Assembly (NCBI GenBank): GCA_963789955.1
Contig: CAWBMV010000011.1
Span: forward strand, 17,772 to 81,771
Origin: an uncultured Candidatus Rokubacteria bacterium
Lineage (GTDB): Bacteria; Methylomirabilota; Methylomirabilia; Rokubacteriales; CSP1-6
Reading direction: 5' to 3'
DNA length: 64,000 nucleotides
Shown here piece after piece: positions 32,300 to 42,372 of this stretch. The position numbers and the translations under genes are program-made. A model generated the notes under the pieces. The model was not told the origin of the DNA and searched no databases. It saw nothing but the letters and a program-made list of their open reading frames with translations. How positions within the stretch are numbered: position 1 is the stretch's first letter; every line of letters begins with the position of its first letter.

Positions 32300-32578
32300 G
32301 CTACTGCCCGTCGTTCCAGCACGAGCTCAAGCCCCAGCCGACGCCCTGTCCGCCGCGCAGGCCGGTCGCCACCCCGATCTGCTGCCGCCCCCAGTCGCAC
32401 TGGGCCTGCGTCCCGAACGGTCCCTGGGTGGCCGCCGACAAGGCCCCGCCCGGGTATTGAGTCACGACCATGAACCACCAGAACGCCACGATCGCGCTGC
32501 GCTTCGCGTTCATCTTCCCTCCTCGAAAATCGTCCGCCGAGGTTCTACGCTGGATGAGCGTCACAGTAGCACTGGGTC
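32300..32578. repeat. 279-bp direct repeat, copy 2 (peptide cassette)
   Basis: Matches 26798-27076. Confidence 0.95.
32301..32513 (-). CDS. 70-aa Cys/Trp/Gly-rich small protein, copy 2
   Basis: Same RBS; three aa differences from copy 1 (Q>G, A>V, S>N). Confidence 0.7.
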   Translation of the reverse strand: MNAKRSAIVAFWWFMVVTQYPGGALSAATQGPFGTQAQCDWGRQQIGVATGLRGGQGVGWGLSSCWNDGQ

Positions 32579-32666
32579 GCACAAAGTCCGGGACTCGCGC
32601 GCGACGAACGTGCGACGATTCCGAACGGCCGGGCACTACGACGACGGCCTGAATCACGGAGGGCAC

Positions 32667-33236
32667 ATGGCACGACCGCGCGCTCGTCTGATCATGCACC
32701 GGTCTCCCGCGCTGTGGCTGCTCTTGCTGATGCTCCTCGTTCCGCTGACGGGCTGCTCGGTCCGTCTGATCCAGCCGTATGACGACGCGATCGAAAAGAC
32801 GGTCTCGGATTTCTACGAGGAGTTCCTGCGGTTCACGACCGTGGTGGGCCGCACGCGGGGCACGTACACGGACAACCGCGAGTTCTACGACAAATGGCAG
32901 CCGAAGCTCGCGACCTTGACCGCGCGCGCCATGACGGCCAATCCTTCGGGACGATGCCCGAGCACGGAGACCTACGGGGGACTGCTACCGCAGGGCGTGA
33001 CCGCGGCGCGGTCCGCCGCGACGCCGTCGGGCGTCCGGGTTGACACCGCGCCGGCCGGCGACTGCACCGCGCAGCTCCTGCAGCTGCTCGAAGATCAGTT
33101 CGACGATTTCGCGAAATTCCACGCCGCGCAAGGCACCCTGGGCCTTCCGCCGGAAGCTCGCGCGCCGCGCGAGCTGGTGCTGACCTCGGTGCGCGCGGTG
33201 CTGTACGTGGAGCTCGCCAAGAAACAGGGAAAGTAG
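32667..33236 (+). CDS. Hypothetical lipoprotein
   Basis: GGAGGG RBS; lipobox LTGC after hydrophobic stretch; ends ELAKKQGK. Confidence 0.75.
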   Translation: MARPRARLIMHRSPALWLLLLMLLVPLTGCSVRLIQPYDDAIEKTVSDFYEEFLRFTTVVGRTRGTYTDNREFYDKWQPKLATLTARAMTANPSGRCPSTETYGGLLPQGVTAARSAATPSGVRVDTAPAGDCTAQLLQLLEDQFDDFAKFHAAQGTLGLPPEARAPRELVLTSVRAVLYVELAKKQGK

Positions 33237-33254
33237 CCAGGGAGGGCACCGGTC

Positions 33255-33590
33255 ATGGCGCTGGACGCAGACGCACTGCTCTCGACGATGTCCCAGGCGG
33301 CCGCGAACGCCTTCGGGCAGGTGTGGAAGGACGTGAAGAACTACACGATTCCCGAGCTACGAAAGCTGGCCGGCACCTTCGTCGACATCGAGCTGGGTCT
33401 GTCGGCCCGCCCGCCGTACTACACGAAAGAGAGCGCCGACATTCTCTTTCGGATGCAGGTGCGGGCGACCGAGTCGATCCTGACCGCGACGACCGCGCTC
33501 ACGATGATGGCCGTCGAGAAAGCGCTGAACGAGATCCTCGCCGCGGTAAAGGTCGCGATCAATCAGGCGGTGAAGTTCGCGCTGGTGTGA
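33255..33590 (+). CDS. Hypothetical alpha-helical protein, co-oriented with the lipoprotein
   Basis: GGGAGGG RBS 18 nt after lipoprotein stop; 111 aa. Confidence 0.75.
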   Translation: MALDADALLSTMSQAAANAFGQVWKDVKNYTIPELRKLAGTFVDIELGLSARPPYYTKESADILFRMQVRATESILTATTALTMMAVEKALNEILAAVKVAINQAVKFALV

Positions 33591-33669
33591 TCACGACGCG
33601 GCACGATGACTGACGCGGTGTCGGAGCCGAGCACACGTCTCGGCCCCGACACCTTGCCGTTCGAGCAGC

Positions 33670-33816
33670 CTATCGGGTCGGCGCTGGGGTTACCGCGGCG
33701 GAAGGCGCCGGCGCGGAGGAGTTGCCGAGAACCATCGGCCGTTTCGCGCACGCCGAGAGCCCCGTGAGCAACGTGACCAACGCGAGCCCGAGCACCACAG
33801 ATTTCAGAGTCTTCAT
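33670..33816 (-). CDS. Small lipoprotein (~48 aa), absent from the ORF track
   Basis: AAGGAGG RBS; MKTLKSVVLGLALVTLLTGLSACAKRPMVLGNSSAPAPSAAVTPAPTR; lipobox LSAC. Confidence 0.7.
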   Translation of the reverse strand: MKTLKSVVLGLALVTLLTGLSACAKRPMVLGNSSAPAPSAAVTPAPTR

Positions 33817-34080
33817 CGCCATCCTCCTTCTTTTCGTGAACTCATGTAGTTCTTACGCGAACGTTCTGTCTTTTCGCGCAATGTGCTTCTGCCGGCTCTC
33901 AAGTGCAGGGGCGGTGCCAGCCCCCCAAAGCGTCCGGGAATTGCTGGCTTAGGGCTCGCTCGGCCCTCGTTCGGCTTTCCGGAAGTGACAACCAGGGGCC
34001 GCTCGCTGACGAAGGGCGTCAGCCCCGGTGGAGGGACGGACGTACATGAGGTAGCATCACGCTCTCGGGGGAGAGACATC

Positions 34081-35010
34081 ATGCGCATCGTCGTCCACGG
34101 TCAGCAGGCATTCGGCAAGAGCGTGCTCGAGGCCCTACTCGAACGCGGCGAGAACGTCGTCGGCGTCTACTGCGCCCCCGACCCAGCTCAGGGAGGCCGC
34201 GTCGATCCATTGAAGGAGGCCGCGCTCGCCCGCGGTCTCCCCGTTCACCAGCCGCGGACGTTTCGCAATAAGCCCGAAGTGTGGGAAGAGTTCGCTCGGC
34301 TGAAGGCGGACCTGTGCGTGATGGCCTACGTGACGCTCATCGTGCCCGAAGAGGTGCTCAATCAGCCCACGCGCGGCACGATCCAGTACCATCCTTCTCT
34401 GCTTCCGCGCCATCGCGGGCCCAGCTCGATCAACTGGCCGATCATCATGGGCGAGACGCAAACGGGGCTGAGTATCTTCTGGCCCGACCAGGGTCTCGAT
34501 ACGGGGCCGATCCTTCTCCAGAAGGAAGTCGAGATCCGAGACAGCGACACCCTGGGCAGCCTCTACTTCGACCGCCTCTATCCGCTCGGCGTCGCGGCGC
34601 TGCTCGAGGGCGTCGATCTGGTACGCGCCGGCACCGCGCCGAAGATCGTTCAGGACGAATCCAAAGCGACCTACGAAGGCTGGTGCAAGAAGGAACACGT
34701 CCAGATCGACTGGCAGAAGCCGATCCAGACGATCTGGAATCTCATTCGCGGCGCGGACCCGCAGCCGGGCGCGTGGACGACCCACGAGGGAACGACCGTG
34801 CAGATCCTCGACGCGAAGAAGCTCGCCGGGGCCACTCAAGGCCAGCCGGGAGAAGTGCTCGCCATCGACGATGCGGGGATGACTGTCGCCGTGGCCGGCG
34901 GCCAGATCCAGGTCACGCGCGTGCGGCCCGAGGGCGGGCAGAAAGTCGCCGCGGCCGCCTTCGCCAAGACCGCGGGGCTGCGCGCCGGCGTACGACTGGG
35001 GGCGAAGTGA
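34081..35010 (+). CDS. Formyltransferase (Fmt / 10-formyl-THF hydrolase-like family)
   Basis: HPSLLPRHRGPSSINW, GLDTGPILLQK, IRGADPQPGAWT. Confidence 0.85.
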   Translation: MRIVVHGQQAFGKSVLEALLERGENVVGVYCAPDPAQGGRVDPLKEAALARGLPVHQPRTFRNKPEVWEEFARLKADLCVMAYVTLIVPEEVLNQPTRGTIQYHPSLLPRHRGPSSINWPIIMGETQTGLSIFWPDQGLDTGPILLQKEVEIRDSDTLGSLYFDRLYPLGVAALLEGVDLVRAGTAPKIVQDESKATYEGWCKKEHVQIDWQKPIQTIWNLIRGADPQPGAWTTHEGTTVQILDAKKLAGATQGQPGEVLAIDDAGMTVAVAGGQIQVTRVRPEGGQKVAAAAFAKTAGLRAGVRLGAK

Positions 35011-36707
35011 GCGGCGACGGTCCCCGCGGACTCGCGCGCGGCCTCACCAACTACGGCGACGCCGACTTCGCGCTCTACCTGCGCCGCTCCTTCGCGACCT
35101 CGATGGGTTACTCGAAGGCCATGCTGGCGCGGCCCGTCGTCGGTATCGCGCAGTCGGCGAGCGGCTTCAACAACTGCCACCGGCACTTTCCCGAGCTGAT
35201 CGACGCCGTGAAGCGGGGCGTGCTCGCCGCCGGCGGGCTCCCGATCGATTTCCCGACGATCTCGCTGGGCGAGGTGTTCCTGTCGCCGACGAGCATGATG
35301 TTCCGCAACCTCATGGCGATCGACGTCGAGGAGATGATCCGCGCTCAGCCAATGGACGCCGTCGTGCTGGTGGGCGGCTGCGACAAGACGGTGCCGGCTC
35401 AGCTCATGGGCGCGGCGTCGGCCGACGTTCCGGCGGTTCAGCTCCTGGCGGGCCCGATGATGCCGATGGCGTACCGCGGCGAGCGGCTCGGAGCGTGCAC
35501 GGATTGCCGGCGCTTCTGGGCCAAGTACCGCGCCGGCGGCGTCAGCGCGGAAGAGATCGAGCAGATCGAGTCGAACCTGGCCACGACGGCGGGCACCTGC
35601 GCGGTGATGGGCACCGCCAGCACCATGGCTTCGATCGCCGAGGCGCTCGGGATGGCGCTACCGGGCACCGCGGCGATTCCCGCGGTGCACGCCGATCGGC
35701 TGCGTGCCGCCGAGGCGAGCGGGCAACAGGCCGTGGCGCTGGCCTCGACGCGTCTGAGGCCCAGCCAGATCATCACGCAGCGCTCCGTCGAGAACGCGCT
35801 GCGTGTGCTCCTGGCGATCGGCGGCTCGACGAACGCGATCATCCATCTCACCGCCGTAGCCGGACGCGTGGGCGTTGAGGTGTCGCTACGGCGCCTCAAC
35901 GCGCTGAGCGACGAGACTCCCGTGCTCGTCGATCTGAAGCCGACCGGCCAGCACTACATGTCGGACCTGAATGCCGCCGGCGGCCTCGGCGCGGTGCTGC
36001 GCGAGCTGGCGCCGATGCTCCATCTCGACTGCATGACCGTGACGGGCCAGACGCTCGGTCAGCGCCTCGCGGCGGAAGGCGCCTGGGTCGACCGCGACGT
36101 CGTGCGCCCGCTCGCGGATCCGTACCAGAAGGTCGGCGGACTCGTCGCCCTCTTCGGGAGCCTGGCGCCGGGCGGCGCGATTCTCAAGCGCTCCGCCGCC
36201 GACCCGGCGCTCTTCGAGCGAGAAGGGCGTGCGGTTGTGTTCGCGTCGCTCGACGATCTCGCGGCGCGGATCGACACGCCGGACCTCGACGTGCGGCCGG
36301 ACGACTTCCTCGTGCTGCAGAACGCCGGGCCGAAGAGCGGCTACGCGATGCCGGAGGCCGGCTATTTGCCGATTCCCTCGAAGCTGGCGCGTGCCGGCGT
36401 CAAGGACATGGTGCGAATCTCCGACGCGCGCATGAGCGGGACCGCCTACGGTACGATCGTCCTGCATGTCTCGCCCGAGTCGGCCGTCGGCGGGCCGCTC
36501 GCGCTCGTCAAGAACGGTGACCGCATTCGCCTGAGCGTCAACGAGCGCCGGCTCGAGCTCGCCGTCGACGAGGCCGAGCTCGCGCGCCGGCGCGCGGCCC
36601 TCCCGCGTCCGGCGACGCCTCCCGCGCGGGGCTACGCCAAGCTCTACATGGATCACGTGCTCCAGGCCGAGCACGGCTGCGACTTCGACTTCCTGCGAAA
36701 GGCGTGA
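35007..36707 (+). CDS. Dihydroxy-acid dehydratase (IlvD/Edd family)
   Basis: NNCH, GGCDKT, GTCAVMGTASTM, GGSTNA, SDARMSGT; GTGA overlap with upstream gene. Confidence 0.9.
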   Translation: MSGDGPRGLARGLTNYGDADFALYLRRSFATSMGYSKAMLARPVVGIAQSASGFNNCHRHFPELIDAVKRGVLAAGGLPIDFPTISLGEVFLSPTSMMFRNLMAIDVEEMIRAQPMDAVVLVGGCDKTVPAQLMGAASADVPAVQLLAGPMMPMAYRGERLGACTDCRRFWAKYRAGGVSAEEIEQIESNLATTAGTCAVMGTASTMASIAEALGMALPGTAAIPAVHADRLRAAEASGQQAVALASTRLRPSQIITQRSVENALRVLLAIGGSTNAIIHLTAVAGRVGVEVSLRRLNALSDETPVLVDLKPTGQHYMSDLNAAGGLGAVLRELAPMLHLDCMTVTGQTLGQRLAAEGAWVDRDVVRPLADPYQKVGGLVALFGSLAPGGAILKRSAADPALFEREGRAVVFASLDDLAARIDTPDLDVRPDDFLVLQNAGPKSGYAMPEAGYLPIPSKLARAGVKDMVRISDARMSGTAYGTIVLHVSPESAVGGPLALVKNGDRIRLSVNERRLELAVDEAELARRRAALPRPATPPARGYAKLYMDHVLQAEHGCDFDFLRKA

Positions 36708-36737
36708 CGCGCGCCGCCCCGCGTCGTCGCTCGAGAT

Positions 36738-37967
36738 TTAACCGGGCGAGGCGCCCTGCGTGGCGACGTAGAGCGCGTACAGGGACTGGCTCGCGGCCAT
36801 GAAAAGGCGGTTCCGCTTCGGACCGCCGAAGCAGATGTTGCCGCACACCTCCGGCAGGCGGATGCGGCCGATCAGCTTGCCCTCGGGCGTCCACACCGTC
36901 ACGCCGCTGTAGCCCACGGCGCGTCCGGCGTTGCTCGAGACCCACAGATTGCCGTCGACGTCGCAGCGCACACCGTCGGGCCCGCACTTCACGCCGTCGA
37001 CCATGAAGTCGCTGAACAGCTTCCGGTTCGACACCTTGTTGTTGCTGCCGACGTCGAACGAGTACATGTCGCCCTTGCCGCCGGGCCCCTGGTCGCCCGG
37101 ACCCTTGCCGGTGCTGATCACGTAGAGCTTCTTGTAGTCCGGCGACAGCGCGAGCCCGTTCGGATCGGGGACCTGATCCTCGCCGACCACGAGCTCCACT
37201 TTGCCGCTCGGGTCGACGCGATACACGTTCGTCGGCAGCTCACGCTTGTTGTCACCGATGCCGACCGCCTGGCCCAGCTTCGACTTGAGCCGGCCCGCCG
37301 CATTGCTCGGCCCGCCGGCCGCGTCGGGCGCGCCCTCGTAGAGCTGCCCGCCGTACGGCGGGTCAGTGAACCAGTACGAGCCGTCCGGATGCGGCACGAC
37401 GTCGTTCGGTGAGTTGAGCCGCTTGCCGTCGAACCGATCGGCGATCACCGTGATCGAGCCGTCGTTCTCGTAGCGGACGACCCGGCGGGTCAGATGTTCG
37501 CAGGACAGCTGGCGGCCCTGGAAGTCGAACGTATTACCGTTGCTGTTGTTCGACGGCATGCGAAAGACCGTCACCCGGCCGTTGTCCTCGAGCCACCGCA
37601 TCTGCCGGTTGTTCGGGATGTCGCTCCACACCAGGTACCGCCCCTGAGCGCTCCACGCCGGGCCTTCCGACCAGAGCGCGCCCGTCCACAAACGCTGGAC
37701 CGGCGCGTTCGGCTGACGCAGGCCGTTGAACAACGGATCGATCGTGAGCACGTCGGGATCCGTGAAATAGACGTTCGGCGGCGCGGTCGGGCCGAAATCG
37801 CGCGGCGGGGTGGTGACGGTGCTCGGCGGAGCCATCGGTGCCGGCGTCTGCGCCCCAGCGATGCGGGGCGCCAGCGCGACGGCACCGGCCGCGACACCGG
37901 CCGTCTTGAGCAGCACGCGTCTGGATATCCTGTTCGCGTCGTCTCGTTCGCGTGCTTCGCTCGCCAT
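36738..37967 (-). CDS. SMP-30/gluconolactonase family protein with Tat signal
   Basis: SRRVLLK Tat motif; WSEGPAW, LNSPND, PNGLALSPD, PDGVRCDVDGNLW. Confidence 0.9.
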   Translation of the reverse strand: MASEARERDDANRISRRVLLKTAGVAAGAVALAPRIAGAQTPAPMAPPSTVTTPPRDFGPTAPPNVYFTDPDVLTIDPLFNGLRQPNAPVQRLWTGALWSEGPAWSAQGRYLVWSDIPNNRQMRWLEDNGRVTVFRMPSNNSNGNTFDFQGRQLSCEHLTRRVVRYENDGSITVIADRFDGKRLNSPNDVVPHPDGSYWFTDPPYGGQLYEGAPDAAGGPSNAAGRLKSKLGQAVGIGDNKRELPTNVYRVDPSGKVELVVGEDQVPDPNGLALSPDYKKLYVISTGKGPGDQGPGGKGDMYSFDVGSNNKVSNRKLFSDFMVDGVKCGPDGVRCDVDGNLWVSSNAGRAVGYSGVTVWTPEGKLIGRIRLPEVCGNICFGGPKRNRLFMAASQSLYALYVATQGASPG

Positions 37968-38051
37968 TGAGTGCCTCCTTGTTCGACGGGTACGGCTCGG
38001 CGCACGATGCGCGATCAGCGGCGCGACCGTATCAGACCCGAAGCGCGACCG

Positions 38052-40374
38052 TCAATCGCGCGCTGCGGCGCGCACGCGGCGCCAGAGGCGCTCGCGCGTC
38101 AGCGGCATCTCGCTCACCTCGACGCCGAGCGGGCGCAGCGCGTCGGCGACGGCATTGGCGATCGCCGCGGGCGCCGGAAGGGTGCCGCCCTCGCCCGCGC
38201 CCTTGATGCCGAGCGGGTTCAGCGGGGACGGCGTCACAACGTGATGCACCTCGAGTGACGGCACGTCGGTGGCGCGTGGCAGCGCGTAGTCCATCAAGGT
38301 ACCGGTCGCGAGCTGCCCGGCCGGGTCGTAGACGATCTCTTCGATCAGGGCGTTGCCGATCCCGTGAGCGATGCCGCCGTGGATCTGGCCCTCGACCACC
38401 AGCGGGTTGATCATCACGCCGCAGTCGTCGACGGCGACGTACCTGAGGATGCGCACGGTGCCGGTTTCGGCCTCGACCTCGACGACCGCCGCGTGCGCGC
38501 CGTTCGAGTACGTCGACTGCGGCACGTGGACATAGCCCGACGCCTCGAGCCCCGGATCCATCGCGCCGGGCAGCGCGTAGCCGGGTCGCGGCGCGGTCGC
38601 GATCGCCGCGACGTCGCCCAGCGCCAGACCGCGGCCCGGCGTCCCGCGCACGGTGATGCGGCCGTCCTCGAGGGTGAGATCTTCCGGCGCCGCCTCGAGA
38701 TGATCGGCCGCGACCGCGAGCGCCTTCTTGCGCACCTCCGCGGCCGCGTAGGCGGCCGAGGTGCTCGCCAGCACGCCGACCCGGCTCGCGAACGTCCCGA
38801 CGCCGTAGGGAATACCGGCCGTGTCGCCCGGGACCACGGTGATCTGCTCGAGCGGAACCGAGAGCCCGTCGGCGACGATCTGCGCCAGGGTGGTCTCGTG
38901 CGCCTGCCCCTGACTCGACGTGCCCGAGAACACGAACACGCGGCCGAGCGGATCGACGCGGACCCGGATGCCCTCATAAGGCCCCAGCCCGGTATCTTCG
39001 ACGAAGAGCGCGAAGCCGATGCCGATCGCGCGTCCGGCGGCGCGGGCGCGCTCGCGCTCGGCCGCGAAGTCGGCGGCGCCGACCGCTTCGGCGACGCGCC
39101 TGAGACATTCGGGATAGTCCCCGCTGTCGTAGCGTCGCGGGCTGTTGTCGCGCGAGATCAGGCCGACGTCGTACGGGAACTCGTCGGGCTGGATGAGGTT
39201 GCGCATGCGCAGCGCCACCCGGTCGATCCCGAGACGCTCGGCGGCCAGATCGAGCATGCGCTCCATCACGAACACCGCCTGCGGGCGGCCCGCGCCGCGC
39301 ACCGGGGTGACGGGCACACGGTTGGTGTAGACGGCGGTCAACGTCACCTCGTAGTTGGGCACTCGATACGGCCCGGGCACGCTGACCGAGGTGAGGATGG
39401 GCACGATGACGCCCCACGAGACGAACGCGCCGCAGTCGTGCACGAAGGTGTCGCGGACCGCGACGATCCGGCCCTCACGCGTGAGCCCGATCTCGACGTC
39501 GTGCCACTGGTCGCGCTCCTGCGTGACCGCCAGGAGATGCTCGCGCCGAGTCTCGACGAACCGGACGGGCCGGTCGAGCGCGCGCGCCAGGAACGGCACC
39601 AGGATGTCCTCGGCGTAGACGATCGCCTTGGGACCGAAGCCGCCGCCGATGTCCTGCGTGACGACGCGCACGGAGTGCTCGGGCATCGCGAGATAGCGCG
39701 CCAGCAGCCGGCGCAGGATCTGCGGCGCCTGCGTCGTCGACCACACGGTCACCTGCCCCAGATCGCCGTCCCAGCGCGCGGCGATCGCGCGCGTCTCCAT
39801 GGCCATGCCGGCGCCGCGGTGCAGATGAAAGCGCTGGCGCAGCACCACCGGCGCGCGCGCCAGCTCGCCGGCGGCGTCGCCGACGCGCTGGGTGAAGCGC
39901 GACGCGACGTTGCCGCCGGGATGCACGCGCGGGCCGTCGGACCGCAGCGCGTCGTCGAGCGACGCGACCGCCGGCAAGGGCTCGTAGTCGACCCGGAGCG
40001 CGTCGAGCGCGTCCTCGGCCAGGGCCGCGCTCTCGGCGACGACGAGCGCCACCGGCTGCCCGGCGTACGAGACGATTTCCTGCGGCAAGATTTCGGGACA
40101 CGCCGGGGCGATCAGGCTCGCGTGAGGCACCAGCAGGGGCAGGCGCCCGAGCGTGGCCACATCCGACGGCACCAGAACGTGGACGACGCCGGGCCGGCGC
40201 GCGCGCCTCGGTCGGGTCGACGCGGACGATCCGCGCGTGGGCGTGCGGGCTCCGGTGGACCGCGACGTGCAACAGGCCGGGATGGTTCACGTCGGCGACG
40301 TAGCGCCCGCGGCCCGTGACGAGCCGCGCGTCCTCGCGCCGGCGCACCCGCGCGCCGAACAGCCGTTCGCCCAC
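38052..40374 (-). CDS. Xanthine dehydrogenase-family molybdopterin-binding subunit (CoxL-like); frameshift near 40190
   Basis: RREDARLVTGRGRYVAD, GGGFGPK, PVRGAGRPQ, QGQAHET, GIKGAGEGG. Confidence 0.88.
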
Positions 40375-40383
40375 TGCCCGGCC

Positions 40384-41448
40384 TCAGGCGCCGCGGCGCG
40401 CGACGTACAACGAGTTCGCCGGATCGACGCGCTCGAACAGCTGCACGTCGTCGAAGCCGGCCTCGCGCAGCATCCGGGTGGCCGTCTGGTGGCCCCACGC
40501 GGTGCCGAGCCCGGGGCCGCCGGCCGCGAGCGACACGCTCATGCAGTGCATCGTGCTCATCGTGTAGAGATACGGCGCCATCGGCACGCCGACGTTGTCG
40601 GCGAGCTCGCTCGAGGCCCACACGTCGAGCATCAGGAACATGCCGCCCGGGCTCAGCGCGGCGCGAATCCGCCGGAGCACACCGGCGGGATCGGCTTGAT
40701 CGTGGATCGCGTCGAACGCGGTGACGAGATCGAACGGGGCGGGCGTTTCGAGCTTCGCGACGTCCTGCACCACGAACGACGCGTTGTCGAGCCCGGCGGC
40801 GGCCGCGCGGGCCCCGGCGATCCCACTCTCGGAGATGTCGTATCCGACGAACGCGCTCTTCGGAAACCGGCGCGCCATCAGCGTGATGCAGTGCCCGGTG
40901 CCGCAGCCGACGTCGGCGACCCGAATGCCGGCCTCGAGCCGCGCGACGAGCCCCTCGGGCTTCCCGAGATACGCGCTGAACAAGAGCTCGTCGTAGCGCG
41001 GCCGGCTTCGCCGGTCCATGAGACCGGTGAAATCAGGCTGGAACACGCTGTACGGCACACCCCGGCCCGTCCGGAACGCCTCGGCAACGTCCGGGATGAC
41101 GCGATTCAGGAGCGGGAACATCTCGACCATGCTGGTGAGATTGCGCGTAGACGAGCCGGTGAGCGCGCTCGCGTGCTCGCGCGGGAGACGATACGTGTGC
41201 GCGTCGGCCGCGTACTCGACGACGCCGCCGCACACCATGGCGGCCAGCCATTCCCGGACGTAGCGCTCGTCGAGGCCGGCCTTCTCGGCGATCTCGGCGC
41301 TGGTGACAGCCCCGATCTGCGCCATCGCGTCGAACAGGCCGACCCGCCGGCCGACCTCGAGCATGAGGGAGACGGCGGCGCCTTCGAGGTGGCGAACCAT
41401 GAGCTGGGTGAACGCCCTGGCCTTCGCCCGGTCGAACTCGCCCGCCAC
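40384..41448 (-). CDS. Class I SAM-dependent methyltransferase with N-terminal HTH
   Basis: ERYVREWL, VADVGCGTG, AFDAIHD. Confidence 0.85.
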   Translation of the reverse strand: MAGEFDRAKARAFTQLMVRHLEGAAVSLMLEVGRRVGLFDAMAQIGAVTSAEIAEKAGLDERYVREWLAAMVCGGVVEYAADAHTYRLPREHASALTGSSTRNLTSMVEMFPLLNRVIPDVAEAFRTGRGVPYSVFQPDFTGLMDRRSRPRYDELLFSAYLGKPEGLVARLEAGIRVADVGCGTGHCITLMARRFPKSAFVGYDISESGIAGARAAAAGLDNASFVVQDVAKLETPAPFDLVTAFDAIHDQADPAGVLRRIRAALSPGGMFLMLDVWASSELADNVGVPMAPYLYTMSTMHCMSVSLAAGGPGLGTAWGHQTATRMLREAGFDDVQLFERVDPANSLYVARRGA

Positions 41449-41474
41449 CGCCGTCCCCTCCTTACCGATTGTCG

Positions 41475-42227
41475 CTACACCGCCAGGTAGCCGCCGTCCA
41501 CGGGCAGCTCGATCCCGGTGATGTACGACGCCTCGTCCGAGGCCAGGAACAGTACGGCGTGAGCGACCTCTTCCACGCGCCCTTCACGCTTGAGCGGCAC
41601 CGCCCGGAGCGACTTCTCGCGCCACGCCGGATCGGCCGACGCCTTGGAGGTGCGCATCGGAGGCAGGATTCCCGGATGGACGGAGTTGACCCGGATGCCG
41701 TACGGCGCGAACTGCACGGCGGCCGACTTGGTCATGATCCGCACCGCGCCCTTCGACGCGTTGTAGCCCATGTGGATGCGGTCCTGGCCGACGAAGCCCG
41801 AGATCGACGAGATGTTGACGATGGAGCCGCCGCCGGCGGCGCGCATCGCGGGCACCGCGTGCTTCATGCCGAGGAACACGCCCTTGGCGTTCACGTTCAG
41901 GAGGGTGTCCCACGCCGACGTGCTCAAGGTGTCCGGATCGAACGTGCCGCTGATCCCCGCGTTGTTCACGAGGAGGTCGAGCTTGCCGAATGCGGTCACC
42001 GTCGCCTTGACCGCGGCTTCCCAGTCCGTCTCGCTCGTCACGTCGAGCTTCACGAACCGCGCCTGGCCGCCGGCCGCGGCGATCTTCTCGACCGCCTGAC
42101 GCGCCTCGAACTCGAGGATGTCGGCGACGACGACCTTCGCGCCTTCGCGCGCGAAGATGGCGGCTTCGCTCTGCCCCATGCCGCTCGCCCCACCGGTGAT
42201 GAGCGCGACCTTCCCTGCCAGCCTCAT
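41475..42227 (-). CDS. SDR family oxidoreductase
   Basis: TGGASGMG, NNAG, YNASK, IRVNSVHPG. Confidence 0.92.
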   Translation of the reverse strand: MRLAGKVALITGGASGMGQSEAAIFAREGAKVVVADILEFEARQAVEKIAAAGGQARFVKLDVTSETDWEAAVKATVTAFGKLDLLVNNAGISGTFDPDTLSTSAWDTLLNVNAKGVFLGMKHAVPAMRAAGGGSIVNISSISGFVGQDRIHMGYNASKGAVRIMTKSAAVQFAPYGIRVNSVHPGILPPMRTSKASADPAWREKSLRAVPLKREGRVEEVAHAVLFLASDEASYITGIELPVDGGYLAV

Positions 42228-42372
42228 GTGCCCCTCCCTTGTTCGACGGGCGCGTTCTCGTGGTGCCCGTGCGCGGGCCATCCTTCCGCGCCCGCCGAGT
42301 ATCGCAGAGAGCCTCCACCGTGTACACTGCGGGTCGCCGCGCGCATCTCGCGGACCTATATAAGGAGCGCTC

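Noticed and set aside
26798..32578. Integron cassette array, composite transposon or CRISPR array
   Set aside because: No attC R''/R' boxes, no transposase or terminal inverted repeats, and no regularly spaced short repeats or cas genes.
33830..34030. Known riboswitch upstream of the small lipoprotein or formyltransferase
   Set aside because: I could not match c-di-GMP, THF, ZTP or SAM consensus motifs by eye; an Infernal scan is needed.
38052..40374. Form I aerobic CO dehydrogenase
   Set aside because: Lacks the AYXCSFR motif (has PVRGAGR) and no coxMS or accessory genes are present.
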